Shown here one piece after another: positions 1 to 8,314 of a stretch of 39,573 nucleotides of DNA (within the stretch, counting starts at the first letter, position 1; each line of letters opens with the position of its first letter). Made by a program: the position numbers and the translations under genes. This stretch comes from a virus: IMG/VR virus record IMGVR_UViG_3300033075_000869; one strand, 5' to 3'. The notes beneath the pieces were generated by a model that had not been told where the DNA came from, made no database searches, and saw only the letters and a program-made list of their open reading frames with translations.

Positions 1-47
1 TAAAGATGAACCTCAGCACACTTCTTAGATGCCATCATTATAAGGCC

Positions 48-72
48 CCAGTGCCCACCGTGCACTGGTTTT
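48..72 (+). terminator. Intrinsic terminator-like hairpin: 7-bp stem CCAGTGC/GCACTGG, 7-nt loop, then TTTT
   Basis: Perfect inverted repeat at 48-54 and 62-68, followed by T-run 69-72. Lies upstream of the first credible gene, so it likely ends an off-window upstream transcript. Confidence 0.45.
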
Positions 73-175
73 CCCGACATGGCTATCAATCCAATTTTGG
101 TCATATTTGTATATATCTTACGTCAATTGCTTCGAAGTGTTCAATTCTCCCAAAAGGGTATATGATATTGTTATT

Positions 176-652
176 ATGGGCAAGAAAAATAACAAGGATC
201 GTAAAAAGACGATATCATGTGGATGTCTCGTTTATCGACATCCCACCGCCGAATGGAATGATACACAAGTGCTACTCGTAAAACAATTCGAGCACAAAGA
301 AAATTGGGGCGTTCCTAAGGGACATATTGATCGTGGTGAGACCTACGAGCAATGTGCAATGCGAGAAACTCGTGAAGAAACTGGAATCGAAGTTGAACTA
401 GGACTACGACTACCGGATGCTCGAGCAGTCTACAAAAAGGAAGACAAAACTGTTATAACGTATCTTGCTGTTCAAAGTTGCAATAACACGTTGAACTCTG
501 GTCATCCTGATTCTGAAGTGTTTGCTGCTGAATGGTTTAGTGTTGTTGAGTTGCCACAAATTCATTCATACCAACAGGAACTTGTTCGAAATGGTCTAGA
601 CGTTATTAGACTTCAATTTGAGGCTGCTAAGAAATGTTCGACGACAGAATAG
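176..652 (+). CDS. Nudix hydrolase
   Basis: Nudix box GHIDRGETYEQCAMRETREETGIE (Gx5Ex7REUxEExGU). Start taken at internal ATG 176 (MGKKNN...); the track ORF begins at 107. Confidence 0.75.
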   Translation: MGKKNNKDRKKTISCGCLVYRHPTAEWNDTQVLLVKQFEHKENWGVPKGHIDRGETYEQCAMRETREETGIEVELGLRLPDARAVYKKEDKTVITYLAVQSCNNTLNSGHPDSEVFAAEWFSVVELPQIHSYQQELVRNGLDVIRLQFEAAKKCSTTE

Positions 653-888
653 AAGACGCAATTCAAGCAGTGTTCAAATATGCCGGTCATGTTGATTCTT
701 GGATTGTTATCAAGAAAGAGCTTCTGAAACAACTATCGCATAATGACCGTACGGCATTTTCAACGCGACATCCTATTACGAAAAAACAACAAACAAATGA
801 CTTTGAAAGAACAATTGCTCAACGTTGGGAAGAATTGTCTGGGCGGAAGGTACTATTTAGTTCTGATGAAATCAGTTCAGGATCATAA
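634..888 (+). CDS. hypothetical small protein (84 aa)
   Basis: Protein-like ORF filling the gap between the Nudix gene and the next gene. No recognisable motif. Confidence 0.35.
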   Translation: MFDDRIEDAIQAVFKYAGHVDSWIVIKKELLKQLSHNDRTAFSTRHPITKKQQTNDFERTIAQRWEELSGRKVLFSSDEISSGS

Positions 889-1915
889 AGTACTACGTGA
901 ATACGTTAAGCAAATTTTGCGTGAAGATGATTACGGTGGCATGATGATGGCTGCTGGTGATATGAATCCGTACGGTGTTCATATTGCATCAAACGACGCA
1001 CTATACAAAACTTTCATTAAGCCATTTGTTGATGTTGTTGATGTTGCTGCGGGCAAAACAAAAGAGCTGAGTCAAAAAGCACAAACGCTTGGGAAAATTG
1101 CATTCGAAACAATCGGATCAACAATTTTCCCGTGGTTGTCATCTGACTATGCAGAAATCTTTCAAGAAGAAAAATCTCAGATCGACAAGATTAAATCGCA
1201 ATACGCTGAAGTGTATCAAGCGACTTGGGACGCATTCCAAACAAATGACGTTGCTTGGACAGCATTCTTTTGTTATCCTGGTGCTGTGTTTGCGTCGTCG
1301 CTTGCTCGCAAAACGCCACTTGTAACTCTAAAAATGTTGAGTGTGTTTTCTGGTGGGACTATGGACAGTTTCTTGTCTCGGGCACAACAGAAATTTTCAA
1401 CTGACGGCAAAAAGAGCACTAACAATAGTGACAGCATTGATAAATTGCCGTCACCTACTTGGGAATCTGTGTTGCGCGAAGACGATGAGAAAAAACATCA
1501 ACCCAAGAAAAAGATAACATTGGCTGATGTTCTCACCAATGAAAAAGTTATTAAGAAAGCTCTTAGTTCTCCAACTGCACAACGTATACAAAAAGAAACA
1601 CGAGAAGTTGTTCGTGGAACATTGCAGTCTGTGTTTGAACATGCACAAGCAGTTATGTCATCAAAATCTTTTGAAGAGCTTCAGAAGAAAATTGGCAAAC
1701 CCCTCAAGGGACTAGAAAAGCTAAAGGGTATGCAGCCTGAGGCACGTCAAGCAGCCGAAGCACAAGTTTTGACTACACTCAAGAAGTCAATGACTGCTTT
1801 TTACGTAAAGAACCTAGAAGCACAGGTGAAACAAGCACTTGATGCCGGGATTCCACAAAACAGTGGTTACGTTAAAGATTATGCAGCTGTGATCCAGAAG
1901 ATTAAAAGCCTCTAA
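866..1915 (+). CDS. hypothetical helical protein (350 aa) with N-terminal MKSVQDHKVLREYVKQILRE motif
   Basis: Long ORF. Start chosen at ATG 866 (verified), which puts the shared LREYV..ILRE motif at the N-terminus. The track ORF starts at 743. Confidence 0.55.
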   Translation: MKSVQDHKVLREYVKQILREDDYGGMMMAAGDMNPYGVHIASNDALYKTFIKPFVDVVDVAAGKTKELSQKAQTLGKIAFETIGSTIFPWLSSDYAEIFQEEKSQIDKIKSQYAEVYQATWDAFQTNDVAWTAFFCYPGAVFASSLARKTPLVTLKMLSVFSGGTMDSFLSRAQQKFSTDGKKSTNNSDSIDKLPSPTWESVLREDDEKKHQPKKKITLADVLTNEKVIKKALSSPTAQRIQKETREVVRGTLQSVFEHAQAVMSSKSFEELQKKIGKPLKGLEKLKGMQPEARQAAEAQVLTTLKKSMTAFYVKNLEAQVKQALDAGIPQNSGYVKDYAAVIQKIKSL

Positions 1916-1929
1916 ACAAATTCTACTAA

Positions 1930-2232
1930 TTGTTGTATTATGAATTTATGGGTAAATCTCCTGAAAAACAATATAACATTGCTGATAAACAACCTGACGA
2001 AGTTAATGAACTTCGTGAACTTGTTAAGGAATTTGTAAAGAAAATCGAAACAGTTGATGGTGAAATTGAGCTCCTAAAGGGTGATCGTAAAGAGATCATT
2101 GAAGAGTATAGTGACAAACTTGATATGAAAGTTTTGACTGCTGCACTTCGTGTTGTAAAGATTACGCAAGGTGTCGCGCATCGTGATACGTTCGACCTCT
2201 TTCTAGAATGTTTGGATCCCACGGTTGAATAA
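1930..2232 (+). CDS. hypothetical acidic coiled-coil protein
   Basis: ORF of 100 aa, rich in E/K heptad-like sequence. Confidence 0.45.
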   Translation: MLYYEFMGKSPEKQYNIADKQPDEVNELRELVKEFVKKIETVDGEIELLKGDRKEIIEEYSDKLDMKVLTAALRVVKITQGVAHRDTFDLFLECLDPTVE

Positions 2233-2605
2233 CATGGCAACCAACACAAAGAAGAAAGTTTCATCTGAAAAATCGGGTGAATACGGACTAAGTCTGACTG
2301 TTACGGAACTGACACATCTACGTGATCTGATGTCAATTATGTTGCCACCAGAAGGTAAAGTAACAATGAGTGCAGCATTGGCCCAACTTGAATCTCGTGA
2401 TGACGTTGATGACACTTTGTGGGATAAAGTTTGCTCACGTTGTGAGCTTGCTGGTGTTCATATTGGTGATTCTGCGCCAAATTTGATTGTCGCACCATCT
2501 GATATTGTTCCACTTTCGGTATTTCGTTTCGAACCTCACGAGCAACCTGAAGTGGTTGAGCCTAAGGTTGCACCACGAAGCAATTCTAAAAAGAAAGCAA
2601 GGTAA
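2225..2605 (+). CDS. hypothetical protein
   Basis: ORF of 126 aa packed tightly in the plus-strand block. Confidence 0.45.
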   Translation: MNNMATNTKKKVSSEKSGEYGLSLTVTELTHLRDLMSIMLPPEGKVTMSAALAQLESRDDVDDTLWDKVCSRCELAGVHIGDSAPNLIVAPSDIVPLSVFRFEPHEQPEVVEPKVAPRSNSKKKAR

Positions 2606-2608
2606 CAA

Positions 2609-3037
2609 ATGGCGTATAAAGTTGGACAAGTACTGTACGTTGTTTTGCAGAAGCAAACAACTGTATATCCAATGCAAATCGTTGAAGAAATTACCAAGAA
2701 AACGCTTGAGGGTTCTGTTACAGATTATGTTCTACAGGCAGGTGCACAAGAAGAAAAAATTCGCCTGAAAGATATTCAGGGTGAAGTGTTCGAAACACCT
2801 GAGCAAACAAAAAAGGTTCTCATTGAACGTGTTGTGAAACAGATTGAGAGACTTGTTGATACAGCGGTTAAGAAATCACAAGAATGGTATCCAACACAAA
2901 CAACAGAGAGTCATCGTCCTAGCCCGGCACCGACACCGGGTACGTCAAATATAAATTCTGTCGACATTCCAACGTTGGAACTTCCTGATGGAACAACTGT
3001 TCGTGTTAAATTGCCTGAAATATTGATGAATGACTAG
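2609..3037 (+). CDS. hypothetical protein
   Basis: ORF of 142 aa. It starts 4 nt after the previous stop. Confidence 0.5.
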   Translation: MAYKVGQVLYVVLQKQTTVYPMQIVEEITKKTLEGSVTDYVLQAGAQEEKIRLKDIQGEVFETPEQTKKVLIERVVKQIERLVDTAVKKSQEWYPTQTTESHRPSPAPTPGTSNINSVDIPTLELPDGTTVRVKLPEILMND

Positions 3038-3452
3038 TCAAGTTTTCCCAAAACAAACAGATCAAATTTATCCGACATATTCTAAGATCAAGTACCAAAT
3101 TGATCAATTGGAATGTTTTCCAACGTGGGAAGAATTTCTAGAATATGAATGTGTTAGATGTTCTGGTAAATTTAATATGTTTGAACGAAACAATATTCAA
3201 CGTTATGCATATGACGTTGGCCTATATAGTCTCGTGAACTGGCTTCAACGGTGTAAAGAGCTCGGGCATTCATATACAAAAATGTATGATCCAGCATTGA
3301 AACATTATTCCAGACTTCATGGCCCACGTGAAGGGTGGATAACATCGGATCTAAAGAAAAAGTTGTTTGTTCGTGAACTTGAAGCACAACGCTCTGAACT
3401 TGAGCTAAAGCTACAAGCTATTCAAGACAAACTTGAAGAAGTTAAACCATGA
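3030..3452 (+). CDS. hypothetical protein
   Basis: ORF of 140 aa. Its stop overlaps the next start (ATGA). Confidence 0.5.
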   Translation: MTSQVFPKQTDQIYPTYSKIKYQIDQLECFPTWEEFLEYECVRCSGKFNMFERNNIQRYAYDVGLYSLVNWLQRCKELGHSYTKMYDPALKHYSRLHGPREGWITSDLKKKLFVRELEAQRSELELKLQAIQDKLEEVKP

Positions 3453-3712
3453 AATATGGTTCTTTTACGCCTCGACCTGGCGATCTATTCACATGGCATT
3501 ATAACGATAACGACAAACAGTGTGTGGCAGATTTGTGGATTATTGGCGGTTACGTTCCGTCTGTAGAGGTAAATTTGCTCATTGCCTTGACTGATCGATT
3601 TATTTGGTGGGTTCAAAATGGCAGCTTTTTGTTCAGGGTTATCGATCAGCCAGCGCAAACAAGTGCAGAACCTTATTTGAGAAAAATTCATCCACGAATT
3701 CAGGTTGTGTAA
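3449..3712 (+). CDS. family A small paralog (MKxGxFTPRPGDLFTWHY...IHPR)
   Basis: One of 5 paralogs sharing N-terminal FTP(K/R)PGDLFxWHYDxDD and C-terminal F(I/L)xxRxD...HPR. The paralogs differ at synonymous sites, which indicates purifying selection. Confidence 0.6.
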   Translation: MKYGSFTPRPGDLFTWHYNDNDKQCVADLWIIGGYVPSVEVNLLIALTDRFIWWVQNGSFLFRVIDQPAQTSAEPYLRKIHPRIQVV

Positions 3713-3743
3713 TGATGTTACGTAATGAGGTACCATTGTATCA

Positions 3744-4304
3744 ATGGACTTGGCTGAGGCACAGAATATTGGCGATAGAATCGTTGATTCATTGTTGAAT
3801 TGTACAGCTCGAGCAGTCGTTGCCGGGTCTGTTCGACGGTGTAAACCCACCGTCAAAGACATTGAAATCGTCGTTATTGTTACTGATTACGATAAGTTGT
3901 TTACGCAGCTGCGGCAACACGGTCGATTTATTAAGCCGGGTGTTCCACAAGTCATTGACTGGCCACCCAAGAAAAATTCGAAATATATTCGAATGTACCT
4001 CAATGAGGGAATTAAGCTTGATTTGTTTGTGGGCTCGAGTGATAACTGGGGAGCCCTCCTGTGTATGCGAACAGGTAGTGGCGTTGGTCCTGATGGGAAT
4101 GTTCACCATGGATTCATACCTGCGATGTTTCGCCGCTGGAAGCGAGTTTCTGGCGGTGGGAAGATGTCCGGTTGCATGCCAACCATGCCCGACGGACTTC
4201 AACTAAACGTTCCTGAAGAACGTGATTATTTTGACTTGTTGGGTGTTCAGTGGGTTGAACCAAACAAGCGAATTTCTAGCTCGGACGTGAAAGGAATCTC
4301 ATGA
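3744..4304 (+). CDS. minimal DNA polymerase X-family nucleotidyltransferase (ASFV PolX-like size)
   Basis: GSVRR...DIEIVVIV (Pol beta NT motif GS..R...D.D), LDLFV, and overall layout like 174-aa minimal PolX. Confidence 0.65.
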   Translation: MDLAEAQNIGDRIVDSLLNCTARAVVAGSVRRCKPTVKDIEIVVIVTDYDKLFTQLRQHGRFIKPGVPQVIDWPPKKNSKYIRMYLNEGIKLDLFVGSSDNWGALLCMRTGSGVGPDGNVHHGFIPAMFRRWKRVSGGGKMSGCMPTMPDGLQLNVPEERDYFDLLGVQWVEPNKRISSSDVKGIS

Positions 4305-4621
4305 AAACGATTTATTATCTTTCAGATTACAATTGGCAGCGTGGCGAAATTGTGGGTGGTGGGAAAAAGAATCATAAGATCCGTGATCATTACGGAAATG
4401 AATTTTACGTGTCGAAAGACAAATGTGCAGTTGAAGGCGAATCTGTTTGCGTTGTTTGGGAAATGTGGCGTGGTGTAAATGGTCGTGGCGGATATCGAGT
4501 TGAAAGGGTTCTTTACCCAGAACATCGTGTTCCGGCAGAAAAAGTGTATCGTCAGTCAAGTGGCGATGGTCGAGTTAATGAAAATGCAAATCCATTTAAC
4601 GGGAATGGTACTCCCAAATGA
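4301..4621 (+). CDS. hypothetical protein
   Basis: ORF of 106 aa, with ATGA overlap to the previous gene. Confidence 0.45.
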   Translation: MKTIYYLSDYNWQRGEIVGGGKKNHKIRDHYGNEFYVSKDKCAVEGESVCVVWEMWRGVNGRGGYRVERVLYPEHRVPAEKVYRQSSGDGRVNENANPFNGNGTPK

Positions 4622-4917
4622 ACTCAAAACGTGTTTGGGAGTTTGATGACGCTGTTTCTCTTATTCGTGAGATTGAACCTCATTTCCAAAACATTGGACT
4701 ACATGTTGGTTTTACAGGGTCTGTTCTACGACAAGGATTTTCGTCGAAAGACATGTCTTCTCGCGTACTTGAATTGCTAACGTCATTGGGGTGGAAACGA
4801 ATTCGAAATCGACAGGAAATGCTCCAGTGTTGGAGATCATTGTCCAATGAAGAAGTAAAGTGGGTTGAAGTTTACAGTTTCAAACATCGTCGAATTGACG
4901 TTATGTTTCTACAATAA
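4618..4917 (+). CDS. hypothetical protein
   Basis: ORF of 99 aa. Confidence 0.45.
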   Translation: MNSKRVWEFDDAVSLIREIEPHFQNIGLHVGFTGSVLRQGFSSKDMSSRVLELLTSLGWKRIRNRQEMLQCWRSLSNEEVKWVEVYSFKHRRIDVMFLQ

Positions 4918-5190
4918 ATGAAAACGGGTCCTTTTACACCAAAACCGGGTGATTTGTTCAGTTGGTATTATGACACAGATGATACGCCATGTCATAGTTA
5001 TGATCAACTATTCTCAATGTCTATGCGTCTCTGGGTACCTTGTGCAGGCGTTAATACGCTTATTTCATTGACTAATAGCAATATATTTTGGTTGAATGAT
5101 ACGCATATTTTTAATGCACGTATTGATAATACGTCACCATGGCCGAATACGAAGCAAGGTCGTTCGATTTATCCGCGAAAACTAACATGA
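4918..5190 (+). CDS. family A small paralog
   Basis: MKTGPFTPKPGDLFSWYYDTDD...IFNARID...SIYPRKLT. Confidence 0.6.
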   Translation: MKTGPFTPKPGDLFSWYYDTDDTPCHSYDQLFSMSMRLWVPCAGVNTLISLTNSNIFWLNDTHIFNARIDNTSPWPNTKQGRSIYPRKLT

Positions 5191-5579
5191 AAACAAATCC
5201 GAATAACTGGGGGTCTACAAGCGTCGTAAATTACAACTGGTTTCACACTGATGTTGATCATGCTGACATTGAAAAATATGTTCGTTCACCTGAAGAAGAT
5301 GCTGCGCTACAATTCTTGTCACGTGATATTCATTTCGTTATGAGACCATGTCTAGAGAAGTTTAAGAAGTTCTTTGGACGTCAGACATATACATGGGTTG
5401 GTTCAGATTGTAGGTTTTGGGTTTGGGAATTTGACGAACAGATTCGTGTATTTGTTAATTCCCATAAAGGTATTTGTGTTGAACTACGACATGACCTGCA
5501 ACCAAAAGCTGCATATGCAGCAATGATCAAATTTGTAAAGGAAATCAAGGAAAACCAAGAAAGTGAGCTATATGCTTGA
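5187..5579 (+). CDS. hypothetical protein
   Basis: ATG at 5187 overlaps the previous stop (ATGA). The track ORF starts at 5139. Confidence 0.45.
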   Translation: MKTNPNNWGSTSVVNYNWFHTDVDHADIEKYVRSPEEDAALQFLSRDIHFVMRPCLEKFKKFFGRQTYTWVGSDCRFWVWEFDEQIRVFVNSHKGICVELRHDLQPKAAYAAMIKFVKEIKENQESELYA

Positions 5580-5844
5580 AAAGATTGATGAAATTATTTT
5601 GCGTGCTTTTGTTCTATTTGCGCTTATTACGTGTATCGTCATTGGATACAAAATAACATTTGCAAATGGACAAATTGAGTATTGTTATGTTGTTTCGCAC
5701 GTTGATTCTGGAGGTCAAATACATGTTCTTTATGGTAGTCGAGATTGGAGACCTGATCATACCATCATGCGAGAAACAGTTTATCCGACTCGTTTGACTG
5801 AATATGCAAAGGAAATCGGATGTCCACTGAAGTTAACGATGTGA
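5563..5844 (+). CDS. small membrane protein (1 TM)
   Basis: Hydrophobic segment AFVLFALITCIVIGY. Confidence 0.4.
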   Translation: MSYMLEKIDEIILRAFVLFALITCIVIGYKITFANGQIEYCYVVSHVDSGGQIHVLYGSRDWRPDHTIMRETVYPTRLTEYAKEIGCPLKLTM

Positions 5845-6050
5845 TCGATCTGAACAATCGAGCTCAAATTATTCTTGAAGCAATTGATGAAGAAATCACT
5901 GAGTGGTTTCTAACACCGGGTAATAAGAAAATGTTGCACTTGCATCTGGGAATGTCGCCTCAAGACTATACAACGTTTCTATTTACGCCGAAAAAGTGGG
6001 CAATTGATTACGTGAAGAAGCTTCACGGAGATGAACTTAAGCAGCCTTAA
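5820..6050 (+). CDS. hypothetical protein
   Basis: ORF of 76 aa. Confidence 0.4.
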   Translation: MSTEVNDVIDLNNRAQIILEAIDEEITEWFLTPGNKKMLHLHLGMSPQDYTTFLFTPKKWAIDYVKKLHGDELKQP

Positions 6051-6300
6051 ATTCAATCCCTTTCATCACGTAAAAATCTCTGATGAGTTCGATTGCTTCA
6101 TCCCAATTGTCTTCATCAAGTGCTGCGTCCATTGCGTTGTTCAACATCTTGGGCGGAACTTTCATTTTTTCTGCTGCCCATTTTAGCAGTTTAATAAACG
6201 CTGCACGCTGATCACTTGTTTTTGGTTTTCGTAGTGGAACCGGTGCTTCTGTGAGCATTAGCAGTTCAATGTATTCACGCAACAATTGCAAACGTTTCAT
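6037..6300 (-). CDS. hypothetical small helical protein, lone minus-strand gene inside a plus block; N-term MKRLQLLREYIELL
   Basis: ATG verified at 6298-6300. It fills an otherwise empty 300-bp gap. The N-terminus resembles the shared LREY(I/V) motif. Confidence 0.4.
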   Translation of the reverse strand: MKRLQLLREYIELLMLTEAPVPLRKPKTSDQRAAFIKLLKWAAEKMKVPPKMLNNAMDAALDEDNWDEAIELIRDFYVMKGIEFKAA

Positions 6301-6350
6301 GCTATTACATATGTGTGTAAAGCAAAAATAACCTGTGTTATAGTGTTAAT

Positions 6351-7382
6351 ATGAACAAAGTCATTGAATCTTGGAAGTGGCCTTCCATTGAAAGTTTTTA
6401 CAACGTTCGTAAAACGATTCAAAAATATGGCGTCGCCGCTGGATCGATTGTTACGTATCGTGCAAAGGTGAAATTGCATGGTGCATGCGCTGCTTTTTCA
6501 ATTGATGGCGATAGTGCCCGTGGTGCTACGCTTCAAACGTATTCTCGAACAGCGATTGTTACACCCGAGAGTGATCCCATGGGATTTTCTAGGTGGATCG
6601 AAAATCGTCGTGATCAATTGTTGTCGTTGCATCAACCTGGAACGAGTATCATTGTATACGGCGAGTGGACCGGTCAAGGTATTCAAAAGGGTGTTGCTGC
6701 GAGTCAAGTCGAACGTTTCTTCGCTGTTTTCGCTGCTCGAGTGTCTCGAGTGGAAGACCCAATGAGTGAGGAATTCATTACTGATCCGGATGAACTTAGG
6801 GTCTACGTTCAGGGTGTTCCGGGTTGTTATGTGTTGCCTTGGTTCAATGACGGTGAAGAATTTGTTGTTCCATGGGAGGCAGATTCTGATTCTTTTGAGA
6901 ATGTTATTTCGAGAATGAACTCTCACGTTGCCGCAATTGAGGCATGTGATCCGTTCGTGTCGAAAACTTTTGGTGTTGCAGGTATCGGCGAAGGTCTCGT
7001 ATTTTATCCAGTGTCAGAACAACATTGTTCATTTGGCGATTTTTCTTATCTCTGCTTCAAGGCAAAGGGTGAGAAACACAAAACGATTGTTCATGCTGCA
7101 CCGGTCCAGGCTGAGCCGACAGTCATTGAAGGTCTTGATGAATTTGTTCGCAATGTGTTGCCGTTGTCTAGGCTCGAACAAGGTGTTCGGGCAACAAACG
7201 ACGGGTCTGACATTGCAATGATGGTCAATTTGGGACCGTTCTTGAAATGGATTGGTCTCGATCTAGAAAAGGAAACCGTGGAAGAGCTACGTGTCTCTGG
7301 TCTTGATCGCAAAGTGGTCTTCAAGAAGTGCAATGAATATGCTCGCAATTGGTTCATGAACGAATCGAGGAAACTGTTATGA
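6351..7382 (+). CDS. RNA ligase, Rnl2 family
   Basis: Motif I KLHG (T4 Rnl2 KIHGTN) and motif IV YGEWTGQGIQKGV (Rnl2 FGEFAGPGIQKNV). Confidence 0.75.
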   Translation: MNKVIESWKWPSIESFYNVRKTIQKYGVAAGSIVTYRAKVKLHGACAAFSIDGDSARGATLQTYSRTAIVTPESDPMGFSRWIENRRDQLLSLHQPGTSIIVYGEWTGQGIQKGVAASQVERFFAVFAARVSRVEDPMSEEFITDPDELRVYVQGVPGCYVLPWFNDGEEFVVPWEADSDSFENVISRMNSHVAAIEACDPFVSKTFGVAGIGEGLVFYPVSEQHCSFGDFSYLCFKAKGEKHKTIVHAAPVQAEPTVIEGLDEFVRNVLPLSRLEQGVRATNDGSDIAMMVNLGPFLKWIGLDLEKETVEELRVSGLDRKVVFKKCNEYARNWFMNESRKLL

Positions 7383-7443
7383 AACTTTCTACTTACAACT
7401 GAAATACAGTAGCAGAGGGATATTTCGCTTCATCCACGAAAAT

Positions 7444-7683
7444 ATGTCAATAGAACGTAAATACGAATCAATCATAGCCGACCTAACGCATCAGCTATAT
7501 CGTGCTCGACTTATTTCGCGTGGTTGGAAGAAACTAGCGAAACTTGAGCGAGCAACAATCGTCCAAGCAGCGGTTGAATCTGCTGCTGGTGATTGGGATG
7601 ATGATGGTCAAAGAGATCGCGTTATTCAACATCATCTTGAGAAGTTTTCAAGCATTAGAGAAACATTGCGAAATCCGAAATGA
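7444..7683 (+). CDS. hypothetical protein
   Basis: ORF of 79 aa. Its upstream intergenic region carries a copy of the CTTCATCCACG motif. Confidence 0.45.
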   Translation: MSIERKYESIIADLTHQLYRARLISRGWKKLAKLERATIVQAAVESAAGDWDDDGQRDRVIQHHLEKFSSIRETLRNPK

Positions 7684-7967
7684 AGACCGGTCCTTTCACC
7701 CCGAAACCTGGCGAACTATTCCAATGGCACTATGACATAGACGATAGTATATGTCAACCTGATGATAAACTGTGGGCAAAGTCTCCTTATCGTTGGATCC
7801 CGTGCGTCGACAACAGCAATTTGCTCGTTGCTCTAACCGCTACGGATATTTGGTGGGTGAATAGTCAAGGTTTTATTCATACATACGTTGATTGCTTGCA
7901 ATATCGCGGCGGGCGCGATCAAGCCGCCACAGAAAATGTCTATCATCCACGCATAGTTGAAATATGA
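7680..7967 (+). CDS. family A small paralog
   Basis: MKTGPFTPKPGELFQWHYDIDD...FIHTYVD...YHPRIVEI. Contains a GC-rich insertion-like segment (GGCGG...CCGCC) near the C-terminus. Confidence 0.6.
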   Translation: MKTGPFTPKPGELFQWHYDIDDSICQPDDKLWAKSPYRWIPCVDNSNLLVALTATDIWWVNSQGFIHTYVDCLQYRGGRDQAATENVYHPRIVEI

Positions 7968-8314
7968 AAAAAGGTCTGTATACACCACGTCCTGGAGATC
8001 TGTTCAATTGGCATTATGATCATGATGATTCAAAATGTAAAGATGACGATAAAGTTTGGTCGTCGTCTATGAAATGTTGGGTACTATGCAACGGTATTAA
8101 CATTCTAATCTCACTAACCGAAACTGATATGTGGTGGATTAATAATCAGAGCTTCATCCACGCGCGCGTGGATAAAATTCCGTCGGCCGCCTGGGTAGGC
8201 GTTCCTCGGCGCTGCTTCATCCACGCGCGCGTGGATAAAATGTTTACACCGACTAGTACTCATATCGCCGAGCCTGGCGAGCGAGCTTTGTCTACGCATA
8301 ATGAAATAACATGA
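7964..8314 (+). CDS. family A small paralog with internal 60-bp tandem duplication and aberrant C-terminus (possibly decaying)
   Basis: FIHARVDK is encoded twice by duplicated palindromic DNA. The C-terminus lacks the family's HPR motif. Confidence 0.45.
   Translation: MKKGLYTPRPGDLFNWHYDHDDSKCKDDDKVWSSSMKCWVLCNGINILISLTETDMWWINNQSFIHARVDKIPSAAWVGVPRRCFIHARVDKMFTPTSTHIAEPGERALSTHNEIT
8153..8238. repeat. Tandem direct repeat of TTCATCCACGCGCGCGTGGATAAAAT (2 copies, 34-bp GC-rich spacer), each holding a perfect 18-bp palindrome ATCCACGCGCGCGTGGAT
   Basis: Exact 26-mer at 8153-8178 and 8213-8238. The palindrome is perfect. The segment is locally GC-rich in an AT-rich genome. Confidence 0.7.

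Noticed and set aside
6-281. 91-aa ORF at the window start
   Set aside because: Low-complexity, odd composition. It contains the terminator hairpin (48-72) and overlaps the well-supported Nudix gene. Likely non-coding.
743-865. N-terminal extension of the 390-aa track ORF
   Set aside because: The upstream part (MTVRHFQRDILL...) overlaps a protein-like ORF in another frame (634-888). Starting at ATG 866 exposes the conserved N-terminal motif instead.
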